NCBI GenBank assembly: GCA_964016885.1
Contig: OZ024758.1
Span: 30,504,001-30,568,000, forward strand
Reading direction: 5' to 3'
Source: Eledone cirrhosa
Taxonomy: Eukaryota
DNA length: 64,000 nucleotides
The notes beneath the pieces were generated by a model, which saw nothing but the letters and a program-made list of their open reading frames with translations, did not search any database and was not told where the DNA came from. How positions within the stretch are numbered: position 1 is the first letter of the stretch; each line of letters begins with the position of its first letter. Of this stretch, positions 13,347 to 28,200 are shown one piece after another. Position numbers and translations under genes: made by a program.

Positions 13347-14071
13347 ATTATTTTCAGCTATTTTACCGAACATGTCTAACATGACAATGATTAGTTATTT
13401 TTCTCTTTTTTGAACTTTCATAAAAAACGGTCAAATCTCTCTATACAGTTACGAGGATTTCGAAAAATTCTCTTCAGAATCTGATTTCAAATAACTAAGT
13501 TGTATATATTCTGCATTCTTTTCTCTCGAATATCTCCTCACACAAATGTACGAGTGTTGTACGATGGTTATGATGACAGCGATGAAATTGCCGTGTTTTT
13601 TGTTTTAAATACATTTTTATCGTTCTCTTCTATGGCATCTCCTACTGGATTTTGAAAAAATCGATTGATATTACAAAATTTGAAACAATAATTTCTTTCT
13701 GTTATCATTTTTCGGCATCTGAAGAATGTTTGTTATCAAAGCTGCTTGGCAGTGAAGTGGTTTAAGTTTTGTCACAGAAGTCTTTTAGCCGTTTTATGCA
13801 ACCGACAAAAGGATTTTCATAGGTTTTTGATATCACCAAAATAAATATTAAATTAAATGTAAGAACCAAGTGAAATAAACAAAATACTTGGAATGGTTTA
13901 GATAGCCCGCATATTTGGTTGTACAGTTAGGGTTTCGTAGTAATTGGTGGTACTGTGATATTGGTGCTACTATCGGTTACATACATAATCGATGAAAATT
14001 ATTTTATATATTCCGGTCTAATAAAGAGAAAAAGAGGAAGAGAAAGAAAGAAAGTGAGAGAGCGATCGAGC

Positions 14072-14174
<103 letters not shown>

Positions 14175-15034
14175 TAATTTTTAAAATACTTTGTGTAACT
14201 AATTTCTGTTGTTATTTAGTTCCAGGTTAGCCACGATGGAGGCCATTTACGATCTAATACATTCTCCTTATTTCTCTTTTACAGGCGGGATAATATATTA
14301 AAAGCCACATTAATTTGTTTCTAGTATTTTAGAAATGATAGACCAGGCTGCTATTTCTAGCACGTCAAGCTACCATATAACCCTCTCCTCACAGTTTCAG
14401 CTATATATATTTATCAATACCCAGTACTTAGGAATAATGATTTCTTTATTAACCACAAGGGTTTACATAAAGTAGACATTAAGGACAGTGCAGGACAATA
14501 CAGGACGGTACAAATGGGCATTTCTGCGTGTAAAAAACAAAAACAGAGGATGTAACAAAAAAATAACAATGAAAAATTCCCCAATAGGGGGGAGACTTCG
14601 GAGGGACATTTGTGGAGAAAGCCCAGTAAAAGGCCACAGTGACCCTGACCACCAAGGCAAGTGCCCTCTCCCAGTTTTCCACCTTTAATTTACAGATATA
14701 TACTCAGAGTAGGCCCATTCACTCGGGCCATTCTTGCTTCTCTCACCCATCTTTCAACAAAATGCTTAGGAATAATAACAATCTTTGTATAATTAAAAAC
14801 AACAGCTTTAAATTAAAAATAAAGAACTTTTCTCCAAGAATAGAATTGGGTTGTTTTTGTTTCGTTTAACCACAGGTCAGCATTGACTAAGCAGATGTAA
14901 GATGAAAGATGTTCCAGGCGTGACCATTCCATCTTTTTGTTTTTCAGAATCTATTATCTGATGTATTTTTCTAAGTTGAGAATGGTAGATTGTGATGCAA
15001 ATTTGATCGAGATTTTACTTCTATTATTAGCACG

Positions 15035-15447
15035 AGGGCAGTGGACTAACAGTATCTGTATAGCGTCGTACAACATGCTTTGTGGCATAGAGTTACGGCT
15101 ATTTACATTCTGAGGTCAAATCTTGCCGAGGTTGGCTTTGCCTTTCATCCTTACAGAGTCGATAAAATAAAGTACCAGTAACGTACTGGGGTCGATTTAA
15201 TTTACTTCCCGCTTCCCCGACATTGTTGGCTTTGTGCCTAAATCAGAAATCATTATTCGGTGGATTAGCAGAATCGGTAGAGGGTCGGACGCCATGCTTT
15301 GCAGCAAAGAGTTACGGCCCTTTATGATCAGAGTTCAAATCCCACCGAGGTTAACTTTGCCTTTCATCCTTACGGGGTCGATAAAATAAAGTACCAGTAA
15401 TACACTGGTATAATTGCTGGCCTTGTGCCAAAAGTAGAAACAATTAT
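15035..15447 (+). mobile_element. Two tandem SINE family 1 copies
   Basis: Consensus matches at about 15035-15255 and 15258-15447. Confidence 0.85.
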
Positions 15448-16483
15448 TATCAGTACAAGCGCTTATGTATGAGTTTCTTCTTTGACCTTATGCGAAATGG
15501 GTATTCTCCGCAGACATTGACATTTTAATTATTAACCCTGAAGATATTTAAAATTCTTCCTAGTTTAGATTATTCTATCTATTAGTACAGACATGAAACA
15601 ATACTTAAAACATTTAAGTGTTAAAAAAGCACTTGTTTTCAACCGCATCCCCAAAATATTAGTTTAACGTGATAACCTAAAATTAGTAGAAATATTGCAT
15701 TTAGCTGCTTTGAAGAGTATTGATTTCTCACATTTGTATAAAATTAGACAATTTTAAAGGAGTTGACTGAAGTGGCTACCTCCCAACAATATTGATCGTG
15801 AAGATATGAAAGGGAAAGTCTATTTTAATTCAGCATATAGCAGGACAAAACTAAAAGCTCTAAAGCATTTAGCCAAGGCTTTCTATCGGTTTTGCAGTCA
15901 CTTTACTGCTTCCACCTTAAATAAATATCGATTTTCACCTTAAATAAATATTAAATAAATATTGATAGTAGAGAAGGCGTAAACCGATTTAATGGATACG
16001 TGTACTTTACTGGTAATTTTTCTACTTGACCTAGAGGATGAAACGCAATGTCAATTCTCGTATGATTTTGAACCTAGAACGTAAAGAAAGCCACCTAATA
16101 CACAAGGTATTTTCCAGAGTATATCAATGGTTTTCATTCAACTGGTTTCGGTTTTGAAAAATATTGATAGCGCAAAACCATTAAAGAAACAGCCTTCTGA
16201 TTGGTCCATCCGTTTTGCTCTTGTGAGGGGGAGAATGTATTCCTTTCATGCAATTAGGCTGAAACAAGAAGTAATTCAGATTCTATTTAACATTAGTACT
16301 GGTGAGTTCAATAACCTGTGACGATAGTTGCCACATGGTTTGCCGCGAAGGCCAGAGGAATAGGAATCGAGTAGATACATTATTCGCCTTACTAGATATA
16401 TACATTCTTATGGTTGTAACCCGAAGTCAAGAAAGAAAAAAAAAAAACTTAAACAGAGGAATAAGGTCTTGATTTGAATTCCC

Positions 16484-16544
16484 ACGTCTGATGAGCAAAT
16501 CAATAAAAACCTTGAGCCAATCATCTGTAAAACACTTGTCACGT
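16484..16544 (+). ncRNA. Degenerate type I hammerhead motif
   Basis: acgt CTGATGA gca...tgt AAAA (GAAA mutated) ca-ct-tg TC acgt. Confidence 0.5.
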
Positions 16545-16573
16545 TCGATGTGCAATACAGACATTTAATAATA

Positions 16574-16929
16574 ATAATTGTTTCTACTTTTGGCACAAAG
16601 CCAGCAATTACCTAGTGCATTACTGGTACTTTATTTTATCAACCCCGTAAGGATGAAAGGCAAAGTTAACTTCGGCGGGATTTGAACTCAGACCATAAAG
16701 GGCCGTAACTATGCATCAAAGTATGGCGTCCGACCCTCTACCGATACTGCCAATTCACTGCCCTAAATTTAATAATAATAATAATAATTGTTTCGACCCC
16801 AGTGTGTGACTGGTACTTTATTTTATCGACCCCGTAAAGATGAAAAGCAAAGCTAACCTCGGCGGGATTTGAACTCATAACGTAAAGGGCCACAAGTCTA
16901 TGTTACGAAGCATGCTGTCTAACTATCTA

Positions 16930-16930
<1 letters not shown>
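16574..16930 (-). mobile_element. Two SINE family 1 copies
   Basis: Reverse-complement consensus matches at 16574-16765 and 16793-16930. Confidence 0.85.
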
Positions 16931-16973
<43 letters not shown>

Positions 16974-16976
<3 letters not shown>

Positions 16977-17215
16977 ATAATAATAAATTTGAAGACTAAA
17001 ATCCAAAGAGTGCTCGATAAGGATAAATATATATCAAATATATAAGAACAGTAGAAGATCCCGTTAAGGGTGAAAGCAGCGATTCTTTGCTTAAACTTTA
17101 ATCTGTTATTTTAGTAAATATTTGCTCTACGGTTCTTATATATTTGATATATATTTATCCTTATCGAGCCCTCTTTGGATTTTAGTCTTCAAATTTATTA
17201 TTATTATTATTATTA
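16974..17215. mobile_element. Fold-back element family B in (TA)n
   Basis: Same sequence as 5489-5719 with a different inversion point; flanked by TA runs. Confidence 0.75.
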
Positions 17216-18990
17216 TATATATATATAAATGGAATAGAATGAAACGAAATTTCATTTCTCACTCTTAGTACGGCACTTACTTAAATGTAAGTATGTATGT
17301 ATGTATACGTACATACATATACATTAAAAAAAATATATATATATATGCTTCGCAGCATAGAGTTGTGACCCTTTACGTTCTGAGTTCAAATACCACCAAG
17401 GTTAGCTTTGTCTTTCATCTTTACGGGGTCGATAAAATAAAGTATCGGCTTGACATCGCTTGTGAAACCAATCGCCCGAAGAAACTCCATTGAAATGAAT
17501 TTACACCGTGATCTTCGATGGAGGAGGTTCAATCCACTCCAAGGTTAAGTAGTAAATTATCTAACGCGTGTTTTCCTATTTAAGGTGGTATGGTGTGATT
17601 TAAGGAAGATTTGACTAGTATTTCTAGAAGGTGAAATGATCGCAGACGGTTGATTCAACGAGAACTAAACATCTTAACTGGTTGGGCCGGTAATACATTA
17701 TATTGATTAACTGTTTATTTAAAATGAATTCATGACACTATTATGTAGAAAGCGGAGGTCTCTAACCTTTCAGCCGGTGAACTTTTAGTGTTTATTGTTC
17801 ATTATGTCACGTTTTTACACAACGTTTCTTATCGACTAGAATAATTTAAGAATGACACGCAACAGCAGTATATGTAGTGATTTCCGGGAACAATTAACTT
17901 TTCTAATTCGGTTTTATAAAGCATTAAGTTAGTCACTGAATTTGAACGTATTACTTTTGGGAATACAGCCATAAATGTATTTGAATATTTTAGTCATTAC
18001 AATAACAGATATTTATTAAAACTAAAGAAGGTAGAGACCGGAAAAAAGCAGAACGATTAATCAGAGAACTAGAGGAAAAGTCTCTTCAATAAACATATAT
18101 GTGTTTAATGTTGTCGAAAAGCAAACTAGACTTTCTATATTTAATCGTTTCATAAGCAGAATAAATATTAATGTAATGTGGAAACTAATATAGATTTGCC
18201 GTCTATTTCGGAAGCGTTTTAAACAAATTCTAAAAATATGTCCATATCAGAAGATATTTATCGATATTTAATTTGGAGAACTTTAAACTTTTCTATTTCA
18301 TCATTCCAAATGTAAATGCTTACAATTGAATGCATTTAGCGCATAAATAGCAAGAATAACATTGATTTCTTGTATACGCACAAATCTTTAGACTTAGAAA
18401 CGAAAGTGTGGAGAAATAAAGTTATGTGACATTTAAGAACGTAAGCAATTTATTTGAATGTCATTGCGATAAACTGCAATAATAATATTGAAATAGATAA
18501 CATATTGATAGGTGTCTGAGGGATTAGAGTGTCGCTCTGAAAGGCTGAATGGTTCGTATTCTGCACCTAGCACTCTACTCTTTTAATTCCAAACACCTTT
18601 CAATCTCAAATGGGACAGTCTATCTAGCTATAAAACGGCATCTTGGAATAGTATTAGGGGGTGGGGAATCAATCGACAAGATCCTAGACCTCATTAACTT
18701 ACTGGGGTGTGTGGGTGTGTGAAATTCGTCAGATCGGACCAAGGAAACAATGTTTCCATTGGTATTTCCATTGCTGATACTATCTACTGGTCACAATTAA
18801 TACAGTGATAATATTACGTAATTGAAAAGTGTTTCGTTAACTTTCATTTCATTTTCAGCTTAAATACAGTTAGTCACGTGATATAGAGATAGTTGTGACA
18901 GGCTTACATGTCCGAGATACAGACGCCTCCCCCTCCCCTCATGAAGTCTAAAAGAGATGTGCTTTTTCCGTTATGAAGATATTCAATCAG

Positions 18991-19185
18991 CAGTCCTTCC
19001 AACCTCTAAAAACCTAAACGGGGAGTACCATGAAGAAAAGTGCCCCCAAGCGGTGAGAAATGAGGCAAAATTGGGAGATTTTACATAATGAAAGATATAC
19101 CCATTTTCACAAGAGAAGACATCTCTCACACACACCAAAGTGGGTGAGAGATCTCCTCGTCCGACGGGGAGAGTTGACAGGTCTG
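18991..19185. mobile_element. MITE family A
   Basis: TIRs; 6-bp TSD aatcag. Another partial copy lies at 19401-19472. Confidence 0.85.
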
Positions 19186-19786
19186 AATCAGATATAAAAA
19201 TACATTAATCACACGTAAAATTGTCTTAAAAATCGTCAACTTTGTATTCTTGCAAGCAACTTATCAAAATTATTCAATGGACAATATATCAGATTGTTGG
19301 CTATTTGCTCATAAGACATTTTCATGTTTGTCTGGACAAAACTTTTGATACTGTCTCAGTTTATCTCAATGACAAAGAACTAGCAGACTAACGTTTTATT
19401 CATTTTTCCCCATTTTTAAGCACTTTTTTCATGGTACTTCTCCGTTTGTGTTTTTAGAGGTTGGTAGGTCTGTACTAGGATAAACAGCAACTCAGTGAAA
19501 TCACCCACCAGGACGCCGATTAGGACAAGGCAAGTTAATAGGATCCATTTCGCATCGTGTTATACGCTTGGTAAAAACTAAATCATAACTGAAACCAATG
19601 AAACATTTTATTTGCTGTGTTTACTTCTGAGAGCTGTAGCGATTTCTGGGTTTATTTATCACCTTTTGCCTTTTGCTGAGTAACGCAAGTTGTATAGGCC
19701 ACCACTACACCCGACGATGATGATTTATTACCAGGTGAACTGATTCAACGACAGTTAAAATTCTTGCTAATAAATCTGGTAGACAA

Positions 19787-20271
19787 GTATCTTATAGATT
19801 CCAACAACGGTTTTAGTACATGTGTATCTTATAGATTCCAACAACGGTTTTAGTACATGTGTATCTTATAGATTCCAACAACGGTTTTAGTACATGTGTA
19901 TCTTATAGATTCCAACAACGGTTTTAGTACATGTGTATCTTATAGATTCCAACAACGGTTTTAGTACATGTGTATCTTATAGATTCCAACAACGGTTTTA
20001 GTACATGTGTATCTTATAGATTCCAACAACGGTTTTAGTACATGTGTATCTTATAGATTCCAACAACGGTTTTAGTACATGTGTATCTTATAGATTCCAA
20101 CAACGGTTTTAGTACATGTGTATCTTATAGATTCCAACAACAGTTTTAGTACATGTGTATCTTATATATTCCAACAACGGTTTTAGTACATGTGTATCTT
20201 ATAGATTCCAACAACGGTTTTAGTACATGTGTATCTTATAGATTCCAACAACAGTTTTACTACATGTGTAT
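19787..20271. repeat. 37-bp minisatellite, 13 copies
   Basis: Unit gtatcttatagattccaacaacggttttagtacatgt, head-to-tail, no spacers. Confidence 0.97.
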
Positions 20272-22579
20272 TGTTAGTGAGTTATACTGTTTGATTTAGA
20301 ATCACATGTGTTTTAACCACACGAGGTCCTACTAAGTTACAGCACATGGAACTATCTTCTCTTCTTTGAGAAAAGCCTGATTCCAAAATGTCAATATTTT
20401 TCTTTACCTCACGGTGAGTATATCTTATATAACATTTGTTTTTAATAATTTTTATATTTTCTATAGCTTGACTAACTAAGAGTTGAAATGTAAGCTAGAT
20501 TATAGGATTAATTGAAGTTGTTTATTATAATACTGACTGGCAACAAGACTTCTACTGTCGGTTACCAAGAGTTTTTTAAATGGCGAACATCAGATTTTCC
20601 GTGTTACAAGAAACTACTCATTAAACTTCTGATATTAGCTGATCAGGCAAGTTTCTTTATGCGAACGTTAATGTAAATTAATCTGAAAATTACATACTAT
20701 AACCGAGTAAAATCATTGAAAATAATATTTTTTCTAATCTCTTTTGAATTTCGGAAACTTATAGTGTACATCGTAGAGAAATTTATTGAGTTAGACTACA
20801 AGAATTAAAGGGCGAAGAAGCAGATATTGGCATGCAGTTTATCAACTGATAAAACATGAACGTTTCTTGAATATATTTACTTCCAGCCACACTCCCTCAA
20901 TATATCCACTTTATACTACCCCTGTCTTATTTCTTTTTTCATGTCACGATTTTATGATTTCTTCTTTACATAACACTATGATTATTTATTCTTCTACAGC
21001 TTCTCTTTTTCGAAGATTAATTAAATGAAAAGAAGAACAAAGCGATTGAAAAAACAAAAAAAAAAGTAGAATACTTTAGTAAGTTGAAAGACTTATTAGA
21101 GGCTGGCAGAAGTTGGTGTGCTCAACAATCCGCCCTCTTAAAATTACTCAGATGGTTTATTGTAAAGAGGTTGTTATGCTGACAGGTGAAGGAACTATAA
21201 AAATAAATGTTCTCATTGGTATCGAAGTGTCATTCATTTCTCTTTCCTCTCCTTAATCTTCCAGTTGTTCTATTGGAGTTGAAGAATGGAAACAAAAAAA
21301 TGTTAAAGAAAATAAGGAAATAAACCGAAACTTAGATTTCATGTTTACTTTGTTTAGAATGTCGATGTGGAATTTATAACAAAGCATACAATGGGGAGAG
21401 GAGGGTAAGAAGAAAGAAAAAATAATGAAAAATACCAACAGACTCTGCATATCTTACATTACAAAAACTCCCCCAAAACAAACAAACCACAACAAACAAA
21501 ACAAAAATAAAACAACAATAAATTGTAATTTGAACTTCAGACAAAAGTTAGCTATTAAGAATGATGTTATTCTCCGTTCGAGATTCTAGTTAATATAGTA
21601 ATGTATAATTATCTGACTATATTTTATTTGATTAAAAAAAAATTCTAATGTATTTTATTGTTTCACAGATAAAGAATAGAGAAAAGTGAACGGTGGAATC
21701 ACAGATTATAGAGAATGATGTAAGTACCAGGAATAATTTATTTCTACACGAAGTTTATTCTTATTCTGTAACCCCTGAATAGAATAAACAGAGACAATAT
21801 ATTTATCATTTTCAGGTCATTTGGTAAACATTGTTTTTCTTTTTATATTTATATTTTACTCTATCATATGCACTTCACGAGTATATGGTATCAATTCCAC
21901 TCTAGAATTAAGAAAATAACTTTAATACAACGAGAAGACGTTGATATATGTGGTTTATAGAATGATAAATGTATACGTTTCTTCAATGTATTCCATTTTT
22001 GTCATGCTTTTAGTTTTCTTCTTTTTACTTCGACTAGGAATTTGCCTTTATTTTATAATAGATTACAAATCGATCACCCTGACCAGGATAACATATGAGA
22101 GTTTTATTGGTTTTGCTTTTTTTCATATGCTGAGCATTCCAAGCGTATCTTCATAATCCAAATTTTAAGCTGCCCAAACGCATGCGATAACTTATTCTTA
22201 TATAGCAGGCAATAGATTATAAATATGAACTGAAATATATTAGGTTGTAAAAGAAACTTTTAGAATTTGTACATATTCTTAAAAACTTATGCGATTGGAA
22301 AAGAATTGAGAAAAAACAAAAACACAACAACAAAAAACAACTAAACATTCACCTAAACACAAGCTAAGGGCAGTATACCTAGAGTTTGCACATTCTTAAA
22401 ATGTATACGGCGAGAAAAAACAAATTAAACACATGCATAAACACAAGCGAAGGGTAGCTGTCCTTTTTCACAGCTCCAGCAACAGATGAGAAGGAAAGAA
22501 GAAGGCTTTCTCAAGAGTTTGAAATAGATTAGATTCCGCTAGACATCTAATGGTTGGGTTAAACTGGGTGACGGACTGA

Positions 22580-22953
22580 CAGTCCTGTCTTCCCGTCCGA
22601 CGGGGGAGATCTCCCACCCACTATGGGGTTGGTGAGAGATGTCTTCTCTTATAAAAAATGGGTATAGCTTTTATTATGTAAAATCTCCCCATTTTGCCCC
22701 ATTTCTCCCTTTTTTGGGGCACTTCTTTTCATGGTACTCCCTGTTTGGGTTTTTAGAGGTTGGCAGGTCTGGATTATGTCAACAGAACTGTGCAGTACCG
22801 CTGATAAAAAAAAACCATCGCTAGTTGTCTGGCTTAAACCACCTAACTGTATAAAGATGTATAAACAGTGGTCGTGATTGTAGCATTGAATACGTGAGGT
22901 TTATCAGGTTAATTGACTCAACCCCAGTTGGGTTTTTAGAGGTGGCAGGTCTG
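22580..22953. mobile_element. Composite MITE family A with captured flank and a second right end
   Basis: MITE 22580-22771, then about 160 bp matching 3275-3454, then a second terminus ggtttttagaggtggcaggtctg. Confidence 0.75.
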
Positions 22954-23176
22954 ACTAAGTCTACCAACAATTTAGGTCACGACGGAATGTGAACTACTCA
23001 GAACATAAGGACCCAGAAGAAATATCCCCAAGCATTTCACTCAGCAAATCTGCCAATCGCTTAGTATCCAACCATCTTGCTCGGGGTCTATCCTTGGGCC
23101 TCCTGTCGCCTGGTTTTGCCCGTAAAATCTGTCCTGTGATTCTTTCCACATGTCCACAGTATTGGAGCTGCACTCC

Positions 23177-23887
23177 CCGGGTCTATTCCTGGTACACACA
23201 TGTGTGTGTGTGTGGATGAGGCCGGGTCTATTCCTAGTACACACGTGTGTGTGTGCAGATGAGGCCGGGTCTATTCCTAGTACACACGTGTGTGTGCATG
23301 AGGCCGGGTCTATTCCTAGTACACACGTGTGTGTGTGCATGAGGCCGGGTCTATTCCTAGTACACACGTGTGTGTGTGCAGATGAGGCCGGGTCTATTCC
23401 TAGTACACACGTGTGTGTGTGCAGATGAGGCCGGGTCTATTCCTAGTACACACGTGTGTGTGTGCAGATGAGGCCGGGTCTATTCCTAGTACACACGTGT
23501 GTGTGTGCAGATGAGGCCGGGTCTATTCCTAGTACACACGTGTGTGTGTGCAGATGAGGCCGGGTCTATTCCTAGTACACACGTGTGTGTGTGGATGAGG
23601 CCGGGTCTATTCCTAGTACACACGTGTGTGTGTGCAGATGAGGCCGGGTCTATTCCTAGTACACACGTGTGTGTGTGGATGAGGCCGGGTCTATTCCTAG
23701 TACACACGTGTGTGTGCATGAGGCCGGGTCTATTCCTGGTACACACGTGTGTGTGCATGAGGCCGGGTCTATTCCTGGTACACACGTGTGTGTGTGGATG
23801 AGGCCGGGTCTATTCCTAGTACACACGTGTGTGTGTGCATGAGGCCGGGTCTATTCCTGGTACACACGTGTGTGTGTGTGGATGAGG
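23177..23887. repeat. About 38-42-bp minisatellite with variable (TG)n
   Basis: Unit (ca)gatgaggccgggtctattcctagtacacacgtgtgtgtgtg, roughly 17 copies. Confidence 0.95.
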
Positions 23888-24201
23888 TGCATGTTGTCTT
23901 TGTTTGGTTATGTGTGTCTGGGGTGTGAATGGGAGTGGTGTATATTTTGTTCGGGATGGCGTGTGTGCGTCTCGGTGTATTATCAGTGTGTGTGTGTTGC
24001 TAATAGGAATGTGTGTGCGTGTATATGTGCATGTTGTTTGTGTATGTGTGAGGGAGTTTGAGTGGATTATTAGTGTGTATGTATGTGTGTATATAAGGGA
24101 AGGGGTGAAGGGTATACCAAGTGAGAAAGGATATCCAAAGACTGTATTCCAGCGATGAAAGCATTTTTGTGTGGTTGCCGCACACGTAAACACAAATAGG
24201 T

Positions 24202-24237
<36 letters not shown>

Positions 24238-24313
24238 GTACACATACACATACACACACATATATGTATATACTTCGTTTTTGTATTTGGCAGCCAGACC
24301 CTCTCAAAAAAAA

Positions 24314-24410
<97 letters not shown>

Positions 24411-25295
24411 AAGAGAGAGCTTGGGAGATAAATGAGCTTGCGTATCAAGCGAATAGTTATATCACTAGGCTATTGGTACAACATCTAGACATATATATTA
24501 TGTTGTAAGTACGAGCAAAATAATTTATCTTGTTCAAAGTAGCTGAGATCAATCGCTTGCTGGTATTTTGTCTGAATGCGTAGAGGAGAATGCCCTGCTG
24601 CCTGGATAATTTATAAATTGATTCTTTAATGGATTCTCCTGGTGTCTTATATAAAGTTTTCCTTTCAAGGTCGATAAAAAAAGTACCAGTCTAGTACTGG
24701 CGTCGATTTTCCCTCTATATCTCACACATCCATTGTCTCGCTCTCTCTATCCTTTTCAGGATGAAATCTGCTAGGAGAAATCAGACCTGGAGAGGGTATC
24801 GACTCCGACAGGTTTGAAAATACCCTAGAAACGCAGTACGTCAAAAAGGTGACCCCTACAGCTCCCTCGGGAAATACAGGTCCATGCCAGACATACAATT
24901 ATTAGCGCAGTACCCGTCAAAAGTGACGGAACGTATAGTAAACACAAATATGTAATTTAATAATTCCTTGATATATGAAGACACTTGAATTTCTTACATA
25001 TGTTGTTCTTAATTATTTAAACGAAATATATTCGGAAATTCATTAGTTTATGTCAAAAAGCGAATAATGTAGACAAAAATAAAAAAAAGGCCATGTTTTC
25101 GAGTCATCTTTATAAATGTACAAGTGGATGTAACCACGATATCCAGTTCGATTATATCTATACATACATACACACATACATGCACATACACATACACATA
25201 TATACATGCACATACACACATACACATACATTCACACATACATGAACAGACCTTCCTCAACACTAAATATTTAATTCTTGATTTTTGAATTTTAA

Positions 25296-28200
25296 TTGTA
25301 ATAACTAATAATAGATAAGGTGGGTTGTAATAACTAATAATTGATAAGGTGGGTTGTAATAACTAATAATAGATAAGGTGGGTTGTAATAACTAATAATT
25401 GATATGGTGGATTGTAATAACTAATAATAGATAAGGTGGGTTGTAATAACTAATAATTGATATGGTGGATTGTAATCACTAATAATTGATAAGGTGGATT
25501 GTAATAACTAATAATTGATATGGTGGATTGTAATAACTAATAATTGATATGGTGGGTTGTAATAACTAATAATTGATATGGTGGATTGTAATAACTAATA
25601 ATTGATATGGTGGGTTGTAATAACTAATAATTGATATGGTGGATTGTAATAATTAATAATTGATATGGTGGATTGTAATAACTAATAATTGATATGGTGG
25701 ATTGTAATAACTAATAATTGATATGGTGGATTGTAATAACTAATAATTGATACGGTGGATTGTAATAATTAATAATTGATATGGTGGATTGTAATAACTA
25801 ATAATTGATATGGTGGATTGTAATAACTAATATAAGATAAGGTTGATTGTAATAATTAATAATTGATAAGGTGGATTGTAATAACTAATAATTAATATGG
25901 TGGATTGTAATAACTAATAATAGATAAGGTGTATTGTAATAACTAATAATTGATACGGTGGATTGTAATAACTAATAATTAATAAGGTGGATTGTTATAA
26001 CTAATAATAGATATGGTGGATTGTAATAACTAATAATTAATATGGTGGATTGTAATAATTAATGATTGATATGGTGGATTGGAATAACTAATAATTGATA
26101 TGGTGGGTTGTAATAACTAATAATTAATATGTTGGATTGTAATAATTAATAATAGATAAGGGGGATTGTAATAACTAATAATTGATACGGTGGATTGTAA
26201 TAACTAATAATTAATATGTTGGATTGTAATAATTAATAATAGATAAGGGGGATTGTAATAACTAATAATTGAAACGGTGGATTGTAATAACTAATAATAG
26301 ATATGGTGGATTGTAATAACTAATAATTGATAAGGTTGATTGTAATAACTAATAATTGATAAGGTTGATTGTAATAACTAATAATTAATATGGTGGATTG
26401 TAATAACTAATATTTGATAAGGTTGATTGTAATAACTAATAATTAATATGGTGGATTGTAATAACTAATAATTGATAAGGTTGATTGTAATAACTAATAA
26501 TTAATATGGTGGATTGTAATAACTAATAATAGATATGGTGGATTGTAATAACTAATAATTAATATGGTGGATTGTAATAATTAATAATAGATAAGGTGTA
26601 TTGTAATAACTAATAATTGATATGGTGGATTGTAATAACTAATAATTGATATGGTGGATTGTAATAACTAATAATAGATATGGTGGATTGTAATAACTAA
26701 TAATTGATAAGGTGGATTGTAATAACTAATAATTGATATGGTGGGTTGTAATAACTAATAATTGATATGGTGGGTTGTAATAACTAATAATTGATATGGT
26801 GGATTGTAATAACTAATAATTGATAAGGTGGATTGTAATAACTAATAATAGATATGGTGGGTTGTAATAACTAATAATTGATATGGTGGGTTGTAATAAC
26901 TAATAATTGATAAGGTGGATTGTAATAACTAATAATAGATATGGTGGATTGTAATAACTAATAATTGATATGGTGGATTGTAATAACTAATAATAGATAA
27001 GGTGTATTGTAATAACTAATAATTGATATGGTGGATTGTAATAACTAATAATTGATATGGTGGATTGTAATAACTAATAATAGATAAGGTGGGTTGTAAT
27101 AACTAATAATTGATATGGTGGATTGTAATCACTAATAATTGATAAGGTGGATTGTAATAACTAATAATTGATAAGGTGGATTGTAATCACTAATAATTGA
27201 TATGGTGGATTGTAATAACTAATAATTGATATGGTGGATTGTAATAACTAATAATAGATATGGTGGATTGTAATAACTAATAATTAATATGGTGGATTGT
27301 AATAACTAATAATTAATATGGTGGATTGTAATAACTAATAATAGATATGGTGGATTGTAATAACTAATAATAGATAAGGTGGATTGTAATAACTAATAAT
27401 TGATATGGTGGATTGTAATAACTAATAATTGATAAGGTGGATTGTAATAACTAATAATATATATGGTGGATTGTAATAACTAATAATTGATATGGTGGAT
27501 TGTAATAACTAATAATTGATATGGTGGATTGTAATAATTAATAATTGATATGGTGGATTGTAATAACTAATAGTTGATATGGTGGATTGTAATAACTAAT
27601 AATTATTATGGTGGATTGTAATAACTAATAATTGATAAGGTGGATTGTAATAACTAATAATAGATATGGTGGATTGTAATAACTAATAATTGATAAGGTG
27701 GATTGTAATAACTAATAATAGATATGGTGGATTGTAATAACTAATAATAGATAAGGTGGATTGTAATAACTAATAATTGATATGGTGTATTGTAATAACT
27801 AATAATTGATAAGGTGGATTGTAATAACTAATAATAGATATGGTGGATTGTAATAACTAATAATTGATAAGGTGGATTGTAATAACTAATAATTGATATG
27901 GTGGAATGTAATAACTAATAATTGATACGGTGGATTGTAATAACTAATAATTGATAAGGTGGATTGTAATAACTAATAATTGATATGGTGGGTTGTAATA
28001 ACTAATAATTGATATGGTGGATTGTAATAACTAATAATTGATAAGGTGGATTGTAATAACTAATAATTGATATGGTGGATTGTAATAACTAATAATTGAT
28101 ATGGTGGATTGTAATAATTAATAATAGATATGGTGGATTGTAATAACTAATAATTGATAAGGTGGATTGTAATAACTAATAATTGATATGGTGGATTGTA

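Noticed and set aside
19787-20271. 37-bp repeat array resembling CRISPR repeats in length
   Set aside because: Units are directly head-to-tail with no unique spacers, there are no cas genes, and the context is eukaryotic.
21196-21830. Possible promoter (TATAAAA at 21196) and 51-nt exon 21669-21719 (tttcacag / gtaagt)
   Set aside because: All three frames contain stops, TATA-Inr spacing is off, and such motifs are common in AT-rich DNA. It could be a UTR exon but is unsupported without RNA-seq.
23041-23801. Repetitive Cys/His-rich ORFs
   Set aside because: Products of the minisatellite, with frame changes from (TG)n length variation.
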